Part shown: piece by piece, positions 12,030 through 25,100 of the stretch
Numbering within the stretch: position 1 is the first letter of the stretch
How the letters are laid out: each line of letters begins with the position of its first letter
DNA from: Selaginella moellendorffii
Lineage: Eukaryota; Plantae; Lycopodiophyta
DNA: 64,000 nt
Direction of reading: 5' to 3'
Assembly: GCF_000143415.4 (NCBI RefSeq)
Contig: NW_003314403.1
Location: 128,316 to 192,315 of the forward strand
Translations under genes and position numbers: made by a program
Notes under the pieces: generated by a model
Told to the model about the DNA's origin: nothing
What the model saw: the letters and a program-made list of their open reading frames with translations, nothing else
Databases searched by the model: none

Positions 12030-12398
12030 ATTGGGGAAGCATATTCCCCATATCTTCAAGTATCATAAGGATGCTAAGATGTGATCCTAGGATGACCACT
12101 CATGGATAGATGGCCTAGTCTTGGAGAGATAAGACTATAGTATAGATGGTTTTGTACTATCAATGATATAAGGGTAAATGGACATAAATTTAGTGTAATA
12201 GGTTGAGATGGCAATAGTACATTTAGGGTTTATGTCATGGGATGGGATACATGGAGCATCTTGGACCAAGTGAAAGGTTGAGTGGCATAGATGCCATTCA
12301 CGAGGTTAGTATGTCCCCAAGTTGGGAATAAGACTTATGGAGGTTCCTCCAAAGTGTGAATAAGTGACGAAAGTAGAATGGAAAATTAGTTGTTTACA
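12030..12398 (-). mobile_element. Truncated, more decayed LTR copy of the same family
   Basis: Reverse complement begins tgtaaacaactaattttccattctactttcgtcactt, matching the 3550 LTR start. CpG-depleted. Confidence 0.8.
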
Positions 12399-13419
12399 AC
12401 CCTATAGCATTGTTCCCATATCTCAATTTGTGATCTAGCACCATTCCATATTTAGTAAGTTTTTAAGCTTATCCTAGAGATTAACTTTTGGCACTATGGT
12501 GAAATCCCAAAGTGTACATTCTAGGGGGTTCCAAATGTGTAATAGGGATAGTGGTTGGAAGCATGGTTGACTACCTAAAACTATAGTTTGGCTCATGTTA
12601 GGCTGTGTCACTTCTTGTTTTGCATCTAGCTAAGGTATAAATGAATCAATTTGGGAATAGCTTAGGAATCTTATATATGCCCATGAGTTTATCACGGAGT
12701 ATGAGAATTGTAATAAAGAATAGTTTTTATAACACTTTATAATAAATCTTACAAATTAATACTGTTATATATTTCTTTGAATCTAAAGTTTATTTCATTC
12801 ATTAGTTTTAGGTCAAGTTTGCCAAGCTGACTTCAACACTTCGGTGCATGGGTTCAACTTATAATCATGGGGATAACTATTATAGACTGATCATAAATCC
12901 CTACCTCTCTTTTGTTCACCCATTTTTGAAAAGGGGCATGGTTGCATAAACAAGTTCATCTACTAGTTTATAATAGTTATCTAAATCTTCTCAATGGGGT
13001 TGATTTGTGCTCAAGGGAGTTAGGCCTATGGCTCTCTTTGGGGGGACAAGATTATAGGCAATTTCAAATGTATGGTAGGGATAGTGGTTAGAAGTATGGC
13101 CAACCACTTAAAACATTAGTTTAGCTCTTACTAGGTTGTATTGCTCCTTGTTCTTTATTCAACTTAGGTCTAAGCCCAAGTTTCATGCTACTCTAGTCGG
13201 TCGGGTACCTTCTTCCTTACATTAGACCACCAGTATACTAAAATTATATCAAACTTTGCTTGACACTATTTTGTATACAAGAGTTAGATACGGGGAGCTA
13301 ATGCTTATAGAGTATTGAATGTGTTTTATAGTGCAACAGGTTTGGAATTCAGCTCAAAACTCAAGTGCACTACATAAAGCTAGCTCTTAAACACTTTATT
13401 AAGTCCAAATGACCTACTC

Positions 13420-13617
13420 AAAATTACCATCAATGAAGGTAAAGTTATGTGTTACTATGAGAAGGGCATTTCTGTAAAGCAAACTGTGAGTGGCTTAGAC
13501 AGAGCCATGGTAGCTATGAAAAAAGGTGAAGTTGTAGAGGTGATAATCACTCCAAATTATAGGTATGGTGGCTCATAATTTTGGATGGACTTGGCAACTA
13601 TACCACCAAGTTCATGA
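13420..13617 (+). pseudogene. FKBP-type PPIase (ROF1/FKBP62-like third FKBP domain) gene fragment
   Basis: SGLDRAMVAMKKGEVVEVIITPNYRYGGS*FWMDLATIPPSS, with an in-frame stop and an apparent remnant intron at ~13439-13478. Confidence 0.75.
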
Positions 13618-13959
13618 GAGTCCAGGCCTTTTATGACTCCTATCAAGGAACTAAACCATAATAAAATTGGAGACTAGGCAGAAGGATGGCATTTCTATTA
13701 GAACTCTCTTGAGAAGTTTAATGAAGTTTTATTAAGCTCGCTCAATTCAATTTGCACTAGGAGAATGACAGCTAGCTTGCAAGTGAGCTGGGGCAAGAGA
13801 GATCAAATCTAGTATATTCTCTATTTTGCCAAAGTTAAAGAAACATCAATAATTGAGTGGGAAACCAAACTGTAAAGATACCTATATATTGATAATAGTT
13901 AGCTCATCATCATGTCTGCATCTTCCTCTTTCTTGTTTTTGGCTTTGAGTTGGGAAGCC

Positions 13960-14700
13960 CCATAAGATATTAACAAGCTTCCCTGACACTTGGTGACCAG
14001 TTGACGCCTCCATGGTTGATGAAACCAGGATACAACAAGTCAGGCAAGCCTTCCTCTTTGGCCCAGTCCAAATCTATGAAATGTGTGACATGGAGCACTA
14101 CAGAAGGAGTGAGGAGTGAGCGTGGCAAGAGGGTAGCCACGTAAGAGAGGGGGGTGCTAGATTATGCATTTTTTCTTTCAACAGCCGTAGCTATATAAAG
14201 ACAACCAAGGAACCACAAGGGAGCATACATCCAAAATGGATCACCACCTGAATTGGACACAAAAAATAATGCCTCCAGCCATAGCAAGGAAAAGAGGCAA
14301 ATACCATCTGGTTCTGCTTCAATGATGAAAGCTATCTCCTTGGACCTTCCATCACTTGCTAAAACCTGACTAGTAGCTTCCCGGATCTTGACAATGGTGA
14401 AATTTAATTGTCATAGCTGCTCTTTTGTGGCAACACAAACAAACCAGAATCCTTGATTGCATGTATGAAATCTATTTCTTGGAAACCAAACAAGCATTTC
14501 CTCACTGGACAAATCCATAACAGATGCAAACCTCTCCACAATATCCCCACACTGTTTTTTGGGACGTTGTGGAAACACATGTAACCAAGCAAAAGTTTCT
14601 TTGGACACTCGTGTGGCAAACCATGGGCTCTTGTCCTTGTAAACCTGGACACAAGCAAGTCCATGGCCCTAACCTAGAACAAGTTAGCTGAAGTTCCCCA
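13960..14700 (-). pseudogene. Decayed restriction-endonuclease-like plus protein-kinase (Crinkler/fungal-type) gene remnant
   Basis: Fragments SDGRSKEIAFIIEAEPD|GGDPF (DG...IE.K...GGDP REase-like), LKEKMHNLAPPLLRG (LH...HGD-like) and FIDLDWAKEEGLPDLLYPGFINHGGVNWSPSV (IDFDWA...YP...N...W kinase tail). Frameshifts and deletions. Confidence 0.5.
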
Positions 14701-15399
14701 TTTCCTCCATTGGCAAGCTCACCCACTTCTTGTTCTTTCATGATCTTTTCATAATCTTAAAAACATTTCTCTATTTAATTTTATTACTTGCAGTCATTCT
14801 GAAAAATGAAAATTTTTGTGCTGCCACTACAAGTATCAAAGTAGAAGGCTATGTTTATTGCACTACCTATGGTTCCCTTTTAGATTTGAACAGTACTAGG
14901 TTAAATAACTTATTAGAAAATTTAAACTTAGGAGTTTATATTTGGTATCAAAAAGGTCTTAGGTGGTCTCAAACTTAATCTTAAACTTGATCTCGAACTT
15001 AGTCTTGTCCAATGAATTCCTTATTATTTCGATTGTGTACCATGCTTTATCCAACTTCTAAGGAGCATAGTGTTTCCAACATAAAAACTCATTTGTCCAC
15101 CTCAGGTGGTTCTCTTCCTTTTACACTAGCATGTATTACCTTTTCCATCCTTGGCACCTAACTAATATTTGTCAATGGTTTGACATTGAAGGCTCTCTTC
15201 TTCCAGATCTCCACCGATGGTTGGAAGTGCCGCTCGATCTTTCCAATCTCTCCTTCCTTAGCTTCAGTTCATATATAAAACACTATATATATAAACAAAC
15301 AATTTATTATTAAGAACATTATTGCCCCTTTTTCCGTTTTTTCTTCAACCTTTCTATAGCTTCTAGTAATTCTGTGTTCACAATACCATATAGCCTTTC

Positions 15400-17600
15400 A
15401 TTGGCCCAAATAGCTGACAAAGGTGGAACCTACAGAACAGACCATAGAAAGTTCAAATAGCATACAACTTTCAAAACTTACCCCTACTTTTTCTTTTGAA
15501 CATTTTCCTTTTAAACATTCACTCTGCTTAACTTCTTGGAGGCCAGCTTTCCTGCTTGTGGGCATTCTTTTGTTCTCACAACCAGCTTTATATACCCAGT
15601 GGAACACCACTCTTTGAGTTTGTGAGAGCCTTCTGAATTCACTTTCTTGTCCAGTTTCATGATGTCCAATGTCACAAATGCTAGGTCACTTCCCATTTTG
15701 AACTGTACAAACACAGGCATAATCTTGTTCAGCTTACCATTCCACAGGAAAAACATCACATCTGGTCCTAATTCATAGAATGGCCTTGTCCAACCATATG
15801 TTGCAAATGAAACACCAATCTCCACTGACTTGAGCCACTCATTCAGCTGTTCTGCATTCCCAATCTCTTTAACTAGCACTGCTGACACCCCTCTCGGTTT
15901 TAAAAGTTCATATGTCTCCTTGTATGTGGTGTGTGTTTCAACCAATCCAAGCAGCTCTGCCAGTACTTTTCAAAAGCACTTCCAAGTGTTGTGCATGCAT
16001 ATGTCTCGAAGTTGATTCTGCATATGGATGGCTGTCTAAATGTACTCATAAAGCGCGTACCCTGTGGCATGTGGTGCCACAATGCATCTACCACCAAAGG
16101 CTCTCACAAGATTATATAGCAAATCTCTGTTGTAACTGACAAACTAGGAGTCTCTATTGTAACTGGCAAACTGGGAACTTGAGCTTCATCGGTGACCCCT
16201 CTGATATATGGAACTATTGGGGCAAAAGCTTCTGCTCCATCGCTGCTCTCAAGGAGAGTTGCGAGACCACAGTCTACAAGAGTCATGCCCCTCCTCCATC
16301 CTGGTACAATCACATGTCCAGCACCTGAAAATGTAAAAGTAAATATCACAATATCATGTAATTCTTGCTGTCTTACCTAAGAGATAGTAAGTAAATATCA
16401 GATCTTCTATAAAGCTTGCCATCTCAGGATCGTTCCACAGCAAAACCACATCATCTCTCAAAGAGCGATAGACTCCAAGTTCCCGGCCTGTTTCAGTGAT
16501 CATCTTTTGTGCAAACTCCATGAACCAATCTGTAGCAGGTGTAGTCTCCATAATATACTTCTCAATAGCAGTTCATAAAAGTCTTCTCCTCCCTGTGTAG
16601 GTGGAGATAACAGCTAGCATGTCTAGTTGACTAACATCTATAAACCTTTCCATAAACACTTGGATGTTGCTGCCATCAAACCCAGGTAGACTGTAAATCT
16701 CTTCCACATCAAACAGTTTTATAGTTCCAGAAAGAAGATTCTGCCCAACTATCAACATGCTCTTTCCTGTACCTGAAACAAACAGGGCACCATATGACTT
16801 AAGAGCAAGGACAATGGGATTCAACAAAGACTGCCCTTCCTGAGGAGTTTGGCCTGATATGAAGCGGCCCTTCATGCACTGTAATAATGACTGAGCTTCG
16901 TCCAGCACAACTGTGCCATCCCCCCAACCCAGCTCTTTTACCAGCTTTTCTATGCCCCTAGTGAAGTAATTAACGAAAGAGGGCACTTGATGGACTTCAC
17001 AGACCAAACCAAGAAACTCCTCAACCAGTCTCAGAAACACGTCATCAACTGCTGGATACTCCAGCTGAAAAAACACCCAGTCTCGTGGAACAAGCCCTGG
17101 CTTACACTCTTTCAATAATTTAAGCCAAGTGAGCCGTGCTGCAAGGATTGAGGCCCCCACGCCACACAGCACCACCGGATGCTCTGGGGTAATATTTCTT
17201 TCTCCTCCTGGAAAACTGTTTTCCATCCAGTTGGCCACTCTGTGAATATCTTTTGATCCTCCTCCAAACCCAACCATGGGACGGTCACCTGTGAAAAACA
17301 AACTGAACCTGGTGCTGGCAAGTTCAATCAGCATTCTTGTTTTCCCTGATCCACTAGGTGCCAGGAGCACAGTAACCTGCTGAACTGACAACTTTCTTAC
17401 AAATCTTTTGTCCAACTCTACGAGTCCACTTCCAACACCTTCCCACAAATTGCATGGTAAACCATAAAGTGAGCACACGAGTGTTCGAGCAGAAGGGAAC
17501 CTTCCCTTATAACCTGACTCGTCTATTGCTAACTGTGCTACTGCCGGCCGTTTGACAGAGATATAAGCGTCACACCGACGTGTTATTTCTGTTTCTGTAA
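15400..17600 (-). pseudogene. Crinkler/RHS-type P-loop NTPase plus PD-(D/E/Q)xK nuclease pseudogene
   Basis: Walker A APSGSGKTR, GGGSKD, Walker B VVLDEAQ, SGTG, GRRRL, EPLV, and C-terminal GPDVMF...VFVQFK. In-frame TGA at 16573-16575 and 16104-16106, frameshift near 15950, intron ~16325-16378. Confidence 0.7.
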
Positions 17601-18565
17601 ACAATAAAATAAGTGAGAAAAAACCAAGAAACCAGTTACAACGCCACGGCATAACCACCGAAAGACAAATGCGCTCGCAGCAGCCCAGTAAAGAATAACT
17701 AGCATCTCCATGGCCAAGACACATTTTCTGTATACACAAACTCATGACACAACCAGCTTAAGCCAACACAGAAAAAACAGCCAGCCACAACAAGGTCCAC
17801 CCGCAGCCATCCAGAAGGTAAAACAACAAGTGAAACCACACAAGTGAAACCACAGAGCGAAGGAAACATCCACGGCCAGTGAATACAAACAAAACAAAAC
17901 CCCCAAGCAAGATCAAACTCGTCAACACATAGCTCCAAAATGTAGCGCACCACATCAGGCAAACCACCAGTTACAACGGCCAGGCTATAGGCAGATCACT
18001 AGGCAAAGAGACGCACGGCACACAGTCACGACCACAGCCAGAAGACACAGACAGCATTAATAGAACGCAAGGGAAGCAGATGGCCATGAATTTAATTACT
18101 ACCACAAGCCAGACACAAGCACCCAAGCACCAAATCCAACAGCGAAGCAAGACCTTGAAACATCCGCCGATGTCATGGCGCACTAGAACTGGACAACAAA
18201 TGGGAAATGCATGCATGCGCAAGGAAACAAAGGGCTTTTGCAATTGCGGTGTTTGGTGTTGAAAACTGCTCTGATTTTTGTGCCAAAAGCTCTTTTTGAT
18301 ATATAAGAATCAGTATAATACTTTTTTGAAACCTTAAGAATTTTGTATTTATAGGACCTTGAAAGACAGAAATTAGACCTCAAGATGCAAAAAAAAGTTT
18401 AAGAAGCCAGCTTTCAGACATTTACTAATTCTAATGGGTTTACATAATTTTATTAATTATATGAATGAGTCCATTATATGCTCGGGATATCCACTATGGT
18501 CAGGTCGTATGGTAAATTAATCTAGTCAACTTTCGAGGGTGTGAAACCCTTGTTTGCCCTTAGCT

Positions 18566-20307
18566 ATGGGACTGCGAATTCGATCCAAGAAATTGTCTCC
18601 TCCTTTGCAAGAGAACCAAAATTCCATGGCGGAGGATCCGGAGAATGAAGAGCCAGTGAGTCCCGTTGGAAGAATGCTCATCCAGCCTCGACTTCATTGC
18701 ACCATTCTCTGCATCATCGGCTTTCAAGACACAGTCAGCGTCCCTGGAATCAAGAGCAAGCTCCTCCAAACCTTTGCCAAGCACAAAAGATTCAGTAGCA
18801 TCATGGTATGTTCAACTTCCCTCGCTTCAATCTCTTAACGCCTCTCTTTCTTGGGTTTACAGCAACTCGATGGCTCTGGACGCGAGAAATGGGTTAAAAC
18901 TCGAGTCAACATAGAGGAGCACGTCATTGTTGCAAATATCTTACCAGAGGCCCAGAAGTCTGCTTCGCCGGTTGAGGACTATGCCGCTGCTCTGGCCGTC
19001 GCTCCACCGCTCGATCCAAGAAAGCCACTCTGGGAGGTCCACATACTCAACGTCCCGTCGTCGGATTCAGCTGCCAGTTGCATTCTAAGAGTCCACCACT
19101 CGCTCGGCGACGGCATCTCTCTGGTTTCCCTGCTTGTAGCAACACTCAGAAGTGTGAGCGATCCAGAAAATCTGCCAAGCATGCCACTCCCACCTCGAAA
19201 GCAGCACCCGAAAGGGTTCTTCGCGGGACTCTGGTTTGTCCTCTGGACAGTGCTTGCTACGCTGTGGTACACAGTAACCGAGGTTGGGAGATTTGCAGCA
19301 GTCACTTTGTTCTCCAAGGATAGTTCCACGCCAATTAAAGGGTCTCCTGGAGTCGAGCGCATGCCTAAAAGAATTGCATCCACGGAGATATCACTGGAAG
19401 ACATGAAAACTGTAAAGAAAGCTGTGAATGGGGTACGTTACCTGAACACCCTCTGACTGACTTGGACGTTGGATTCTTTTTTCCTTGTCGCAGACGATCA
19501 ACGACGTCATGCTCGGATTTGTTTCAGCAGGGATCGCGAGCTACCTGCGTGAAAAATCGCCAAAACAAAATTTTGAAAGCCATCGCATGCATGCAACGGC
19601 ATTAGTAAACATAAGAAAATCCCCAGGCTTACAGGCAAGTGTAGAATTCTTTCAAGCATGGCCCTCACCGTGTTTTTTTCGTTGTTGTCACAGGAGATAG
19701 CAGACATGATGGAGGGATCATCCAAAGCACGCTGGGGAAACCAGATTGGTTATTTGGTCATTCCCATTCCACTGAAAGAGCACACTGATCCACTCGAGCA
19801 TGTCCGGTCTGCAAAGAAAATCAGCACTAGGAAAAAGCTATCACTAGAGGCTCCATTTACCTATGCAGCCGGCTCCTTGACGATGAAACTTTGTGGACCA
19901 AAGGTCAGTCGTATGTCTTCGTCGTCCTGCAAGATTGAAGTTATTTCACTCGCAGATCACAGCGGATGTCACATACAAAACGCTAGCAAATACAACTTTC
20001 TCGATCTCAAACGTCATGGGACCTCTCGAACCCATGATGCTCGACGGCAACCCAATCACCAGCATCGTTCCTACAGTCGTCGGACAGCCTCAGGTAAGCT
20101 CTCTTTGACGAGGATCGACTAAACCATGTTTTTTTTTTTTATCAGTCACTCTTCATACATCTCCAAAGCTACGCTGGAAAAGCAAAACTAGTGGCCACTG
20201 CCGCCAAAGACATCATACCAGATCCTCAAAACTTGCTACAGCACTGCAAAGATGCGCTAGAAAGGATGAAACAAGCAGCAATCACAGCAAAAGAGTGGAC
20301 ATCTTAG
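18566..20307 (+). CDS. WSD1: Wax ester synthase/diacylglycerol acyltransferase (WSD1-like), multi-exon
   Basis: EPVSPVGR, KPLWEVH, catalytic HHSLGDG, TINDV, WGNQIG, SNVMGP, QSYAGK. One GC-AG intron at 19634. Confidence 0.93.
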
Positions 20308-20388
20308 AAAAAAGCAAGAACACAAAAGGACTTATTAGACATTGTTCAAAGAGGTCGAAAGGAACAGCCATTGCTGGCTGCTCCTCCG

Positions 20389-20635
20389 CTACCCTTCTAT
20401 CTTTCCAGTGCCGTGAGCAAGATCGTAGATTCCGCGCGCCTGGATATCGAGAAATAAGGGCGAAATCTGAGAGAAAAGAGGGGCATACCGTGTAGAATCC
20501 CGTGAAGAGCATGAGAGCGCCCGGGATGAAGACCGCAAAGATGCGATCGTATGGCATCTTCAAATGCACCAGTTTGTCCACGCTCTGGAGGTAGCGCTGC
20601 TTTTCCCTCACGCGACGAATCTTGTCCGCGTTCAT
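20389..20635 (-). CDS. Cytochrome c oxidase subunit VIIa-like small protein, 2 exons
   Basis: EKQRYLQSVDKLVHLKMPYDRIFAVFIPGAL...ARGIYDLAHGTGKIEG* after removing intron ~20440-20488. Matches the plant COX7a-like pattern. Confidence 0.8.
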
Positions 20636-20734
20636 GGCGCCTTCTCCTCGCTCAAAGCCCTAGAAATATCGATCCCCAAGAACCCTAAATAAAAGATATC
20701 AATGGCATAGTGCTGAGCGCCATTCGCGATTCCA
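20636..20734. promoter_or_regulatory. Minimal bidirectional promoter (COX7a-like / RbfA) with telo-box-like element
   Basis: Start codons are head-to-head 99 bp apart; AACCCTAAA at 20681. Confidence 0.6.
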
Positions 20735-21635
20735 ATGGCGGAGATTTTGCAATGCGCGAGCTTGGGCCGGCATTTCCAGGTAGAGCGCTCCTCTCTCGCA
20801 CAGCAATGGTGTGGATTTCCAGCTCCTTCGTCTCGGCCGGCATTTGGTGGCTCGTTGGGCTTGGCGAGGAGGAGGAATGGATTGAGCACGGTGTGCATGG
20901 CTCATCCCAGGAGAATTAAAATGGTAGCGCAGCAGATTAGAAGGGAGGTCGGGGAGATGCTCATCAAAGACAAAGTTTTGATGCAAGCCATTCTTCCGGA
21001 AGCGGCTCTCGGTGCTGACTTGTATCTCTCCTCCGTGACGACTATCAGTGATGTAGAAATCTCGCGGGACTTGCAAGTAAGTTCTCACATTTTTTTCAAT
21101 GCTTTCTAGCCGGACTTCTTTCCAAGTTTTTACTCTTCCACTCTTCCAGTTTTTCCTCTTTCAACCTTGTCTTCATTGTTTCCTTTGGGCTTGAGCGCTT
21201 CCTTTTTGTTTTGTTTCTTTGAGTATCTTGGCCGACTCATAGTTTTCGGTTTTCTTACGAACGGTTCTCTCCAGGTGGCCAAGATCTATATCTCCGTGTT
21301 TGGCGACGAGCGAGGCAAAGAGATTGCGATAGAAGGTCTCAAATCTCGAGAGAAATACGTGCGAATGCAGCTCGGGAAACGCATGAAGCTAAGGCTAACT
21401 CCCGAGGTTCGTTTCATCGCGGACGATTCGTTCGAGAGGGGTGCCAGGGTACGTTACAAAACTTCCACGCTCTCTCGCGCTTATCAAGTGCTTTGGTTTG
21501 CAGGTGATTAAACTCCTGGATAGACTGAAAGAGGAAGCGGAGAGAAAAGAGCGCGGCGAAACTATCCCCGACCGCTCCGACGACGAAGACAGTGACTTTG
21601 ACGACGATGATGAAGAGATAATCTTCGTGGAGTAG
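20735..21635 (+). CDS. RBF1: Plastid ribosome-binding factor A, 3 exons
   Basis: Transit peptide, CMAHPRRIKMVAQQIRRE, DVEISRDLQVAKIYISV, RLTPEVRF, acidic tail. Confidence 0.93.
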
Positions 21636-22148
21636 CAAGCAAAGCTAAGCAAGATTCGTGCGAATTCTTAGTGAGATCGACGACGAAGAGATCATCTTCG
21701 TGGAGCAATGATCAATCGACATCGTGTCAAGCGATTGGTTTGTTGATTTCGTCTCTTCTACTTTGCGATCGTGTCACGCCACTGGGGGGCTTGATCAAAA
21801 GGAAGAATCGAATCGAATTATTTGGACAAGACCATGGAACGTGCGTTAAGAACAACTCATGGTCAAGTGAGTGGAAGAACAATTTTAAAGAGCTTTGGAT
21901 GGGAGTACGACAAAAAAGGCCAGGCCACACCATGGCGTACGAACGAATGCGCCAGAATCGACGGTCCCTCTTGCTCCCTAGCCTAGGGCAAATATTTCTC
22001 GACATCGACTTGGATGCCTACATTGTCGCCCTTGTCGCGATCGATTGTCATTGTCGGTGGTTCTTGGCGTTTTTCCCCTGCGATTCAGCGCTGATGTCTG
22101 AGGCGATGGCGATGGATGTGCTTGTGATCGCGCACTGAGCTCAATAAG

Positions 22149-25100
22149 ATGGATCGCTCGTCTGAATCGGTGTTGCAAGGTAGTAGAGCGACAATGCCGC
22201 TAGATTGCATCACGGAGGACGATATTCCGCAGGCATCTGTGCCTGTGCCATGCTCTCCTCGCAGATTTTCGTCGCTTCCCAAGGCACTGGAGCAGGTATC
22301 GAGAAATTTGCCAAAGAAGGGATTCCGCTCCTTCTCCCACACCGGAATCTACTATCCCAAGCGGAGCCTGCCCGAAGAGCTCGATGCCGATGTCAAGTGC
22401 GTTCCAAAATTCTCCGCGCTTGCGTTTGGAAAATCCAAGATGGAGCTCGCTGCAAGCCAAGAGGCTCAAGAAGTGTCTACGAGCGAGGTAAAATCCTAGA
22501 GAAATCCTAGGAGGACTTTTACATGGTTTTGGATTTGTGTGTTTGGCAGAATGTGCTTCCCAGGGCGTGTCGTATCAGAGTAAACATTGTCGCCGTCAAA
22601 AATCTCAAAAAAAGAGTACGCGATGTCGACGTCAAGGTGGCTGGGCTCAAGCTAAAAGTGGAGAACCAGTCGAGACATTCTAAGCAGGTACACAAGCTTA
22701 AAACCCAGTGAGATCTGAGAGCTCGGTTTGCCATAGGCCTCGAGGATTTCCCCAGCGTCTGAGAGCATTTTAGCGAGCTTGTGTAGTTGTCCGTTTGAGA
22801 GGTATATCGTGGAATGCACAGAAAGGAATGTGTGATTCACTTGATCATAATAGCGTGGACTAGGTTGCTATGCTGGAGTGGATCGCCAGGTGCGGTCAGG
22901 CAAGAGAAACAGGTCTTGTCCCCACATTCGCGAGCAACATTTCCTCTTTTTTCTTTCCTCTGCTACCTGACCGCTTCTCTGTTTTGGGCTGCTCTCAGAT
23001 TCGGGTCGGAGCGATCGAGCAAGATGGATCCGTTAAAGTTAACCAGAGCTTCACTTTTGACATCAAGGATCCAAATGTACAATTTTTGCAGCTTTGCAAG
23101 TATTTTCCTACTGACGAGTTTGGGTGGTTGGACAGAATGCAGTTCTGCTGTTACACGTCGTTTCTAAGACACGTTTTGGAGGAGAAGACTCGCTTGGGAT
23201 TTCTACGGAAGTTCGTGTTGCTGATCTTCTCGATAAAAAGGGAGGTCTGAGGAAGATGTCTTTTCTCCTTGTGCCACCTTATTGCTCTGTTTCATTTCAG
23301 GTGGTCAAGATGGAAAAACCAAGTGGTATGATCTTTTTTCAAAGACTGGGAAGAGACTAATGCCGGGGAAGGTGATCAGTCTGTTTGCTTGACTTTTAAA
23401 AATGTTCGTTGTTGTCGTGTATTTGCAGGTTTTAATGGACATAGTTGCAGGAATAGCTGAACCCGAGCATGATATCAGTGTTTTCTTGGGTACATGGAAT
23501 GTAGGAAACGCAAGACCGGTATGTCAGCTATAATTCTGGGCCAATTTGCTGATCTTTGGCAGCTCAGGCTGCGGATTTGTCATCGTGGCTTCCTACAAAG
23601 AGCGAGCACGAGCTGCTAGTTATTGGTGCGCAGGTAGAAAAGTCTTTGTATGTTCCTGAGGACTGCATAACGCCATTATTTATTTCAAGGAATGCGATTA
23701 TCCGCCTCGACCACCTTTCTCGGACTGTGCCAAAGACTGGATAAACAGTGTAAAGTATGTTGTGCTTAACATGGGCGTAATGTAGGATTTTATTTTTTCT
23801 CTGAAAGATTTTGCAGTTACATGCAGGTCTTGCATAGGCCAAAGATACAAACTTGTTTGTGCTGTGTCACGAAGCCAGATCCGTTTGGCGGCGTTTGTGC
23901 GAGATGATGCCGAGGTAACTTTTTGTTTTCTACACAAGTGTTCTAGATTCGCTATGCAGAAAGCCATATCGGAGATGGATAGTGGAAGTGAAGCCACAGG
24001 AGTGGGCCATGTCGTGGCAAACAAAGGCGCGGTATGCATTGCTTTTAAGGTAACAATTCCTTATATTTTGGTCTGTGAATGATCCTGTGCTCGTTCCTTC
24101 AGTTTTGGGATACGGATTTGTGCTTTGTAAACTCACATCTAGCTGCACACATGGGATATTGTGACGTGCGAAACGGCAATTACCGAGGTTCAGTAGGACG
24201 TTAATTGTATATACTATAATGTAACTGAAATTCTGATCTGCAGAGATTGTCGAGAATCTGAGCATTGGCTATCAAGGAATGGACATTTTAAGTAAATTTC
24301 ATCATGTTTTCTGGATGGGAGATTTGAACTATCGTCTGGATTTTGAAAATGTCGAAGAGAGAACAGTTTCACCGGAGTGAGTAATGAACATAGTAATGCT
24401 TATTTTGACGTTTTGGAGCAGGAAAGGCGTCTGGCAAAAGGTTGTCGATCAGATCAATGCTGGCAATTACAAGGAGCTCTTGGATCACGACGAGGTTTTG
24501 TTTGTTTCACATGTCCTTGGACTTCATATTGTGATTATCTCAGTTGACAAGAGAGATTGCAGCGTCAAGGGCTTTTCATGGATTCAAGGAAGGGAACATT
24601 GGTTTTGCTCCAACATTCAAGGTATAGATGCTTATCCGAAAACTAGGCTTCTTATCACGTTTATTGCAGATGATTCGGGACACTTTATCTTCATACAATG
24701 AGAAACGTCTCCCAGCATGGTGCGATCGTATTTTGTGCCGGTCATTTGATGGGTGCTATATGAGACCAACTTCTTATTTTTCAGCGCCTGAAATCTGTAC
24801 TAGGTACCTCTTCATACGTCAACTTACCAGACACTAAAGCTGATAAACTGATGGTAGTGATCACAAGCCAGTGGGGGCAACCGTGTCACTTACAGCATAT
24901 GCGCTTCCTTGCTTGAACTTCGATGCTGACGGGAGAAAATGGCACATACTTGTAAGTTTCATTTAACGCGTTAGACGTACCGAGCTTGATGCTTTCGTGC
25001 CAGCTTACGTCACTGGAGGCTCAAGGATTGCGGTCGTCAGATATAAACGGTTTTTCAGACCCGTAAGTGGTGTTGCTTCTTTCACTCAACTTCTCCCAGG

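Noticed and set aside
17600-18262. Cys/Trp/Val-rich ORFs
   Set aside because: Produced by a strand-biased TG-rich intron/leader sequence; no protein motif.
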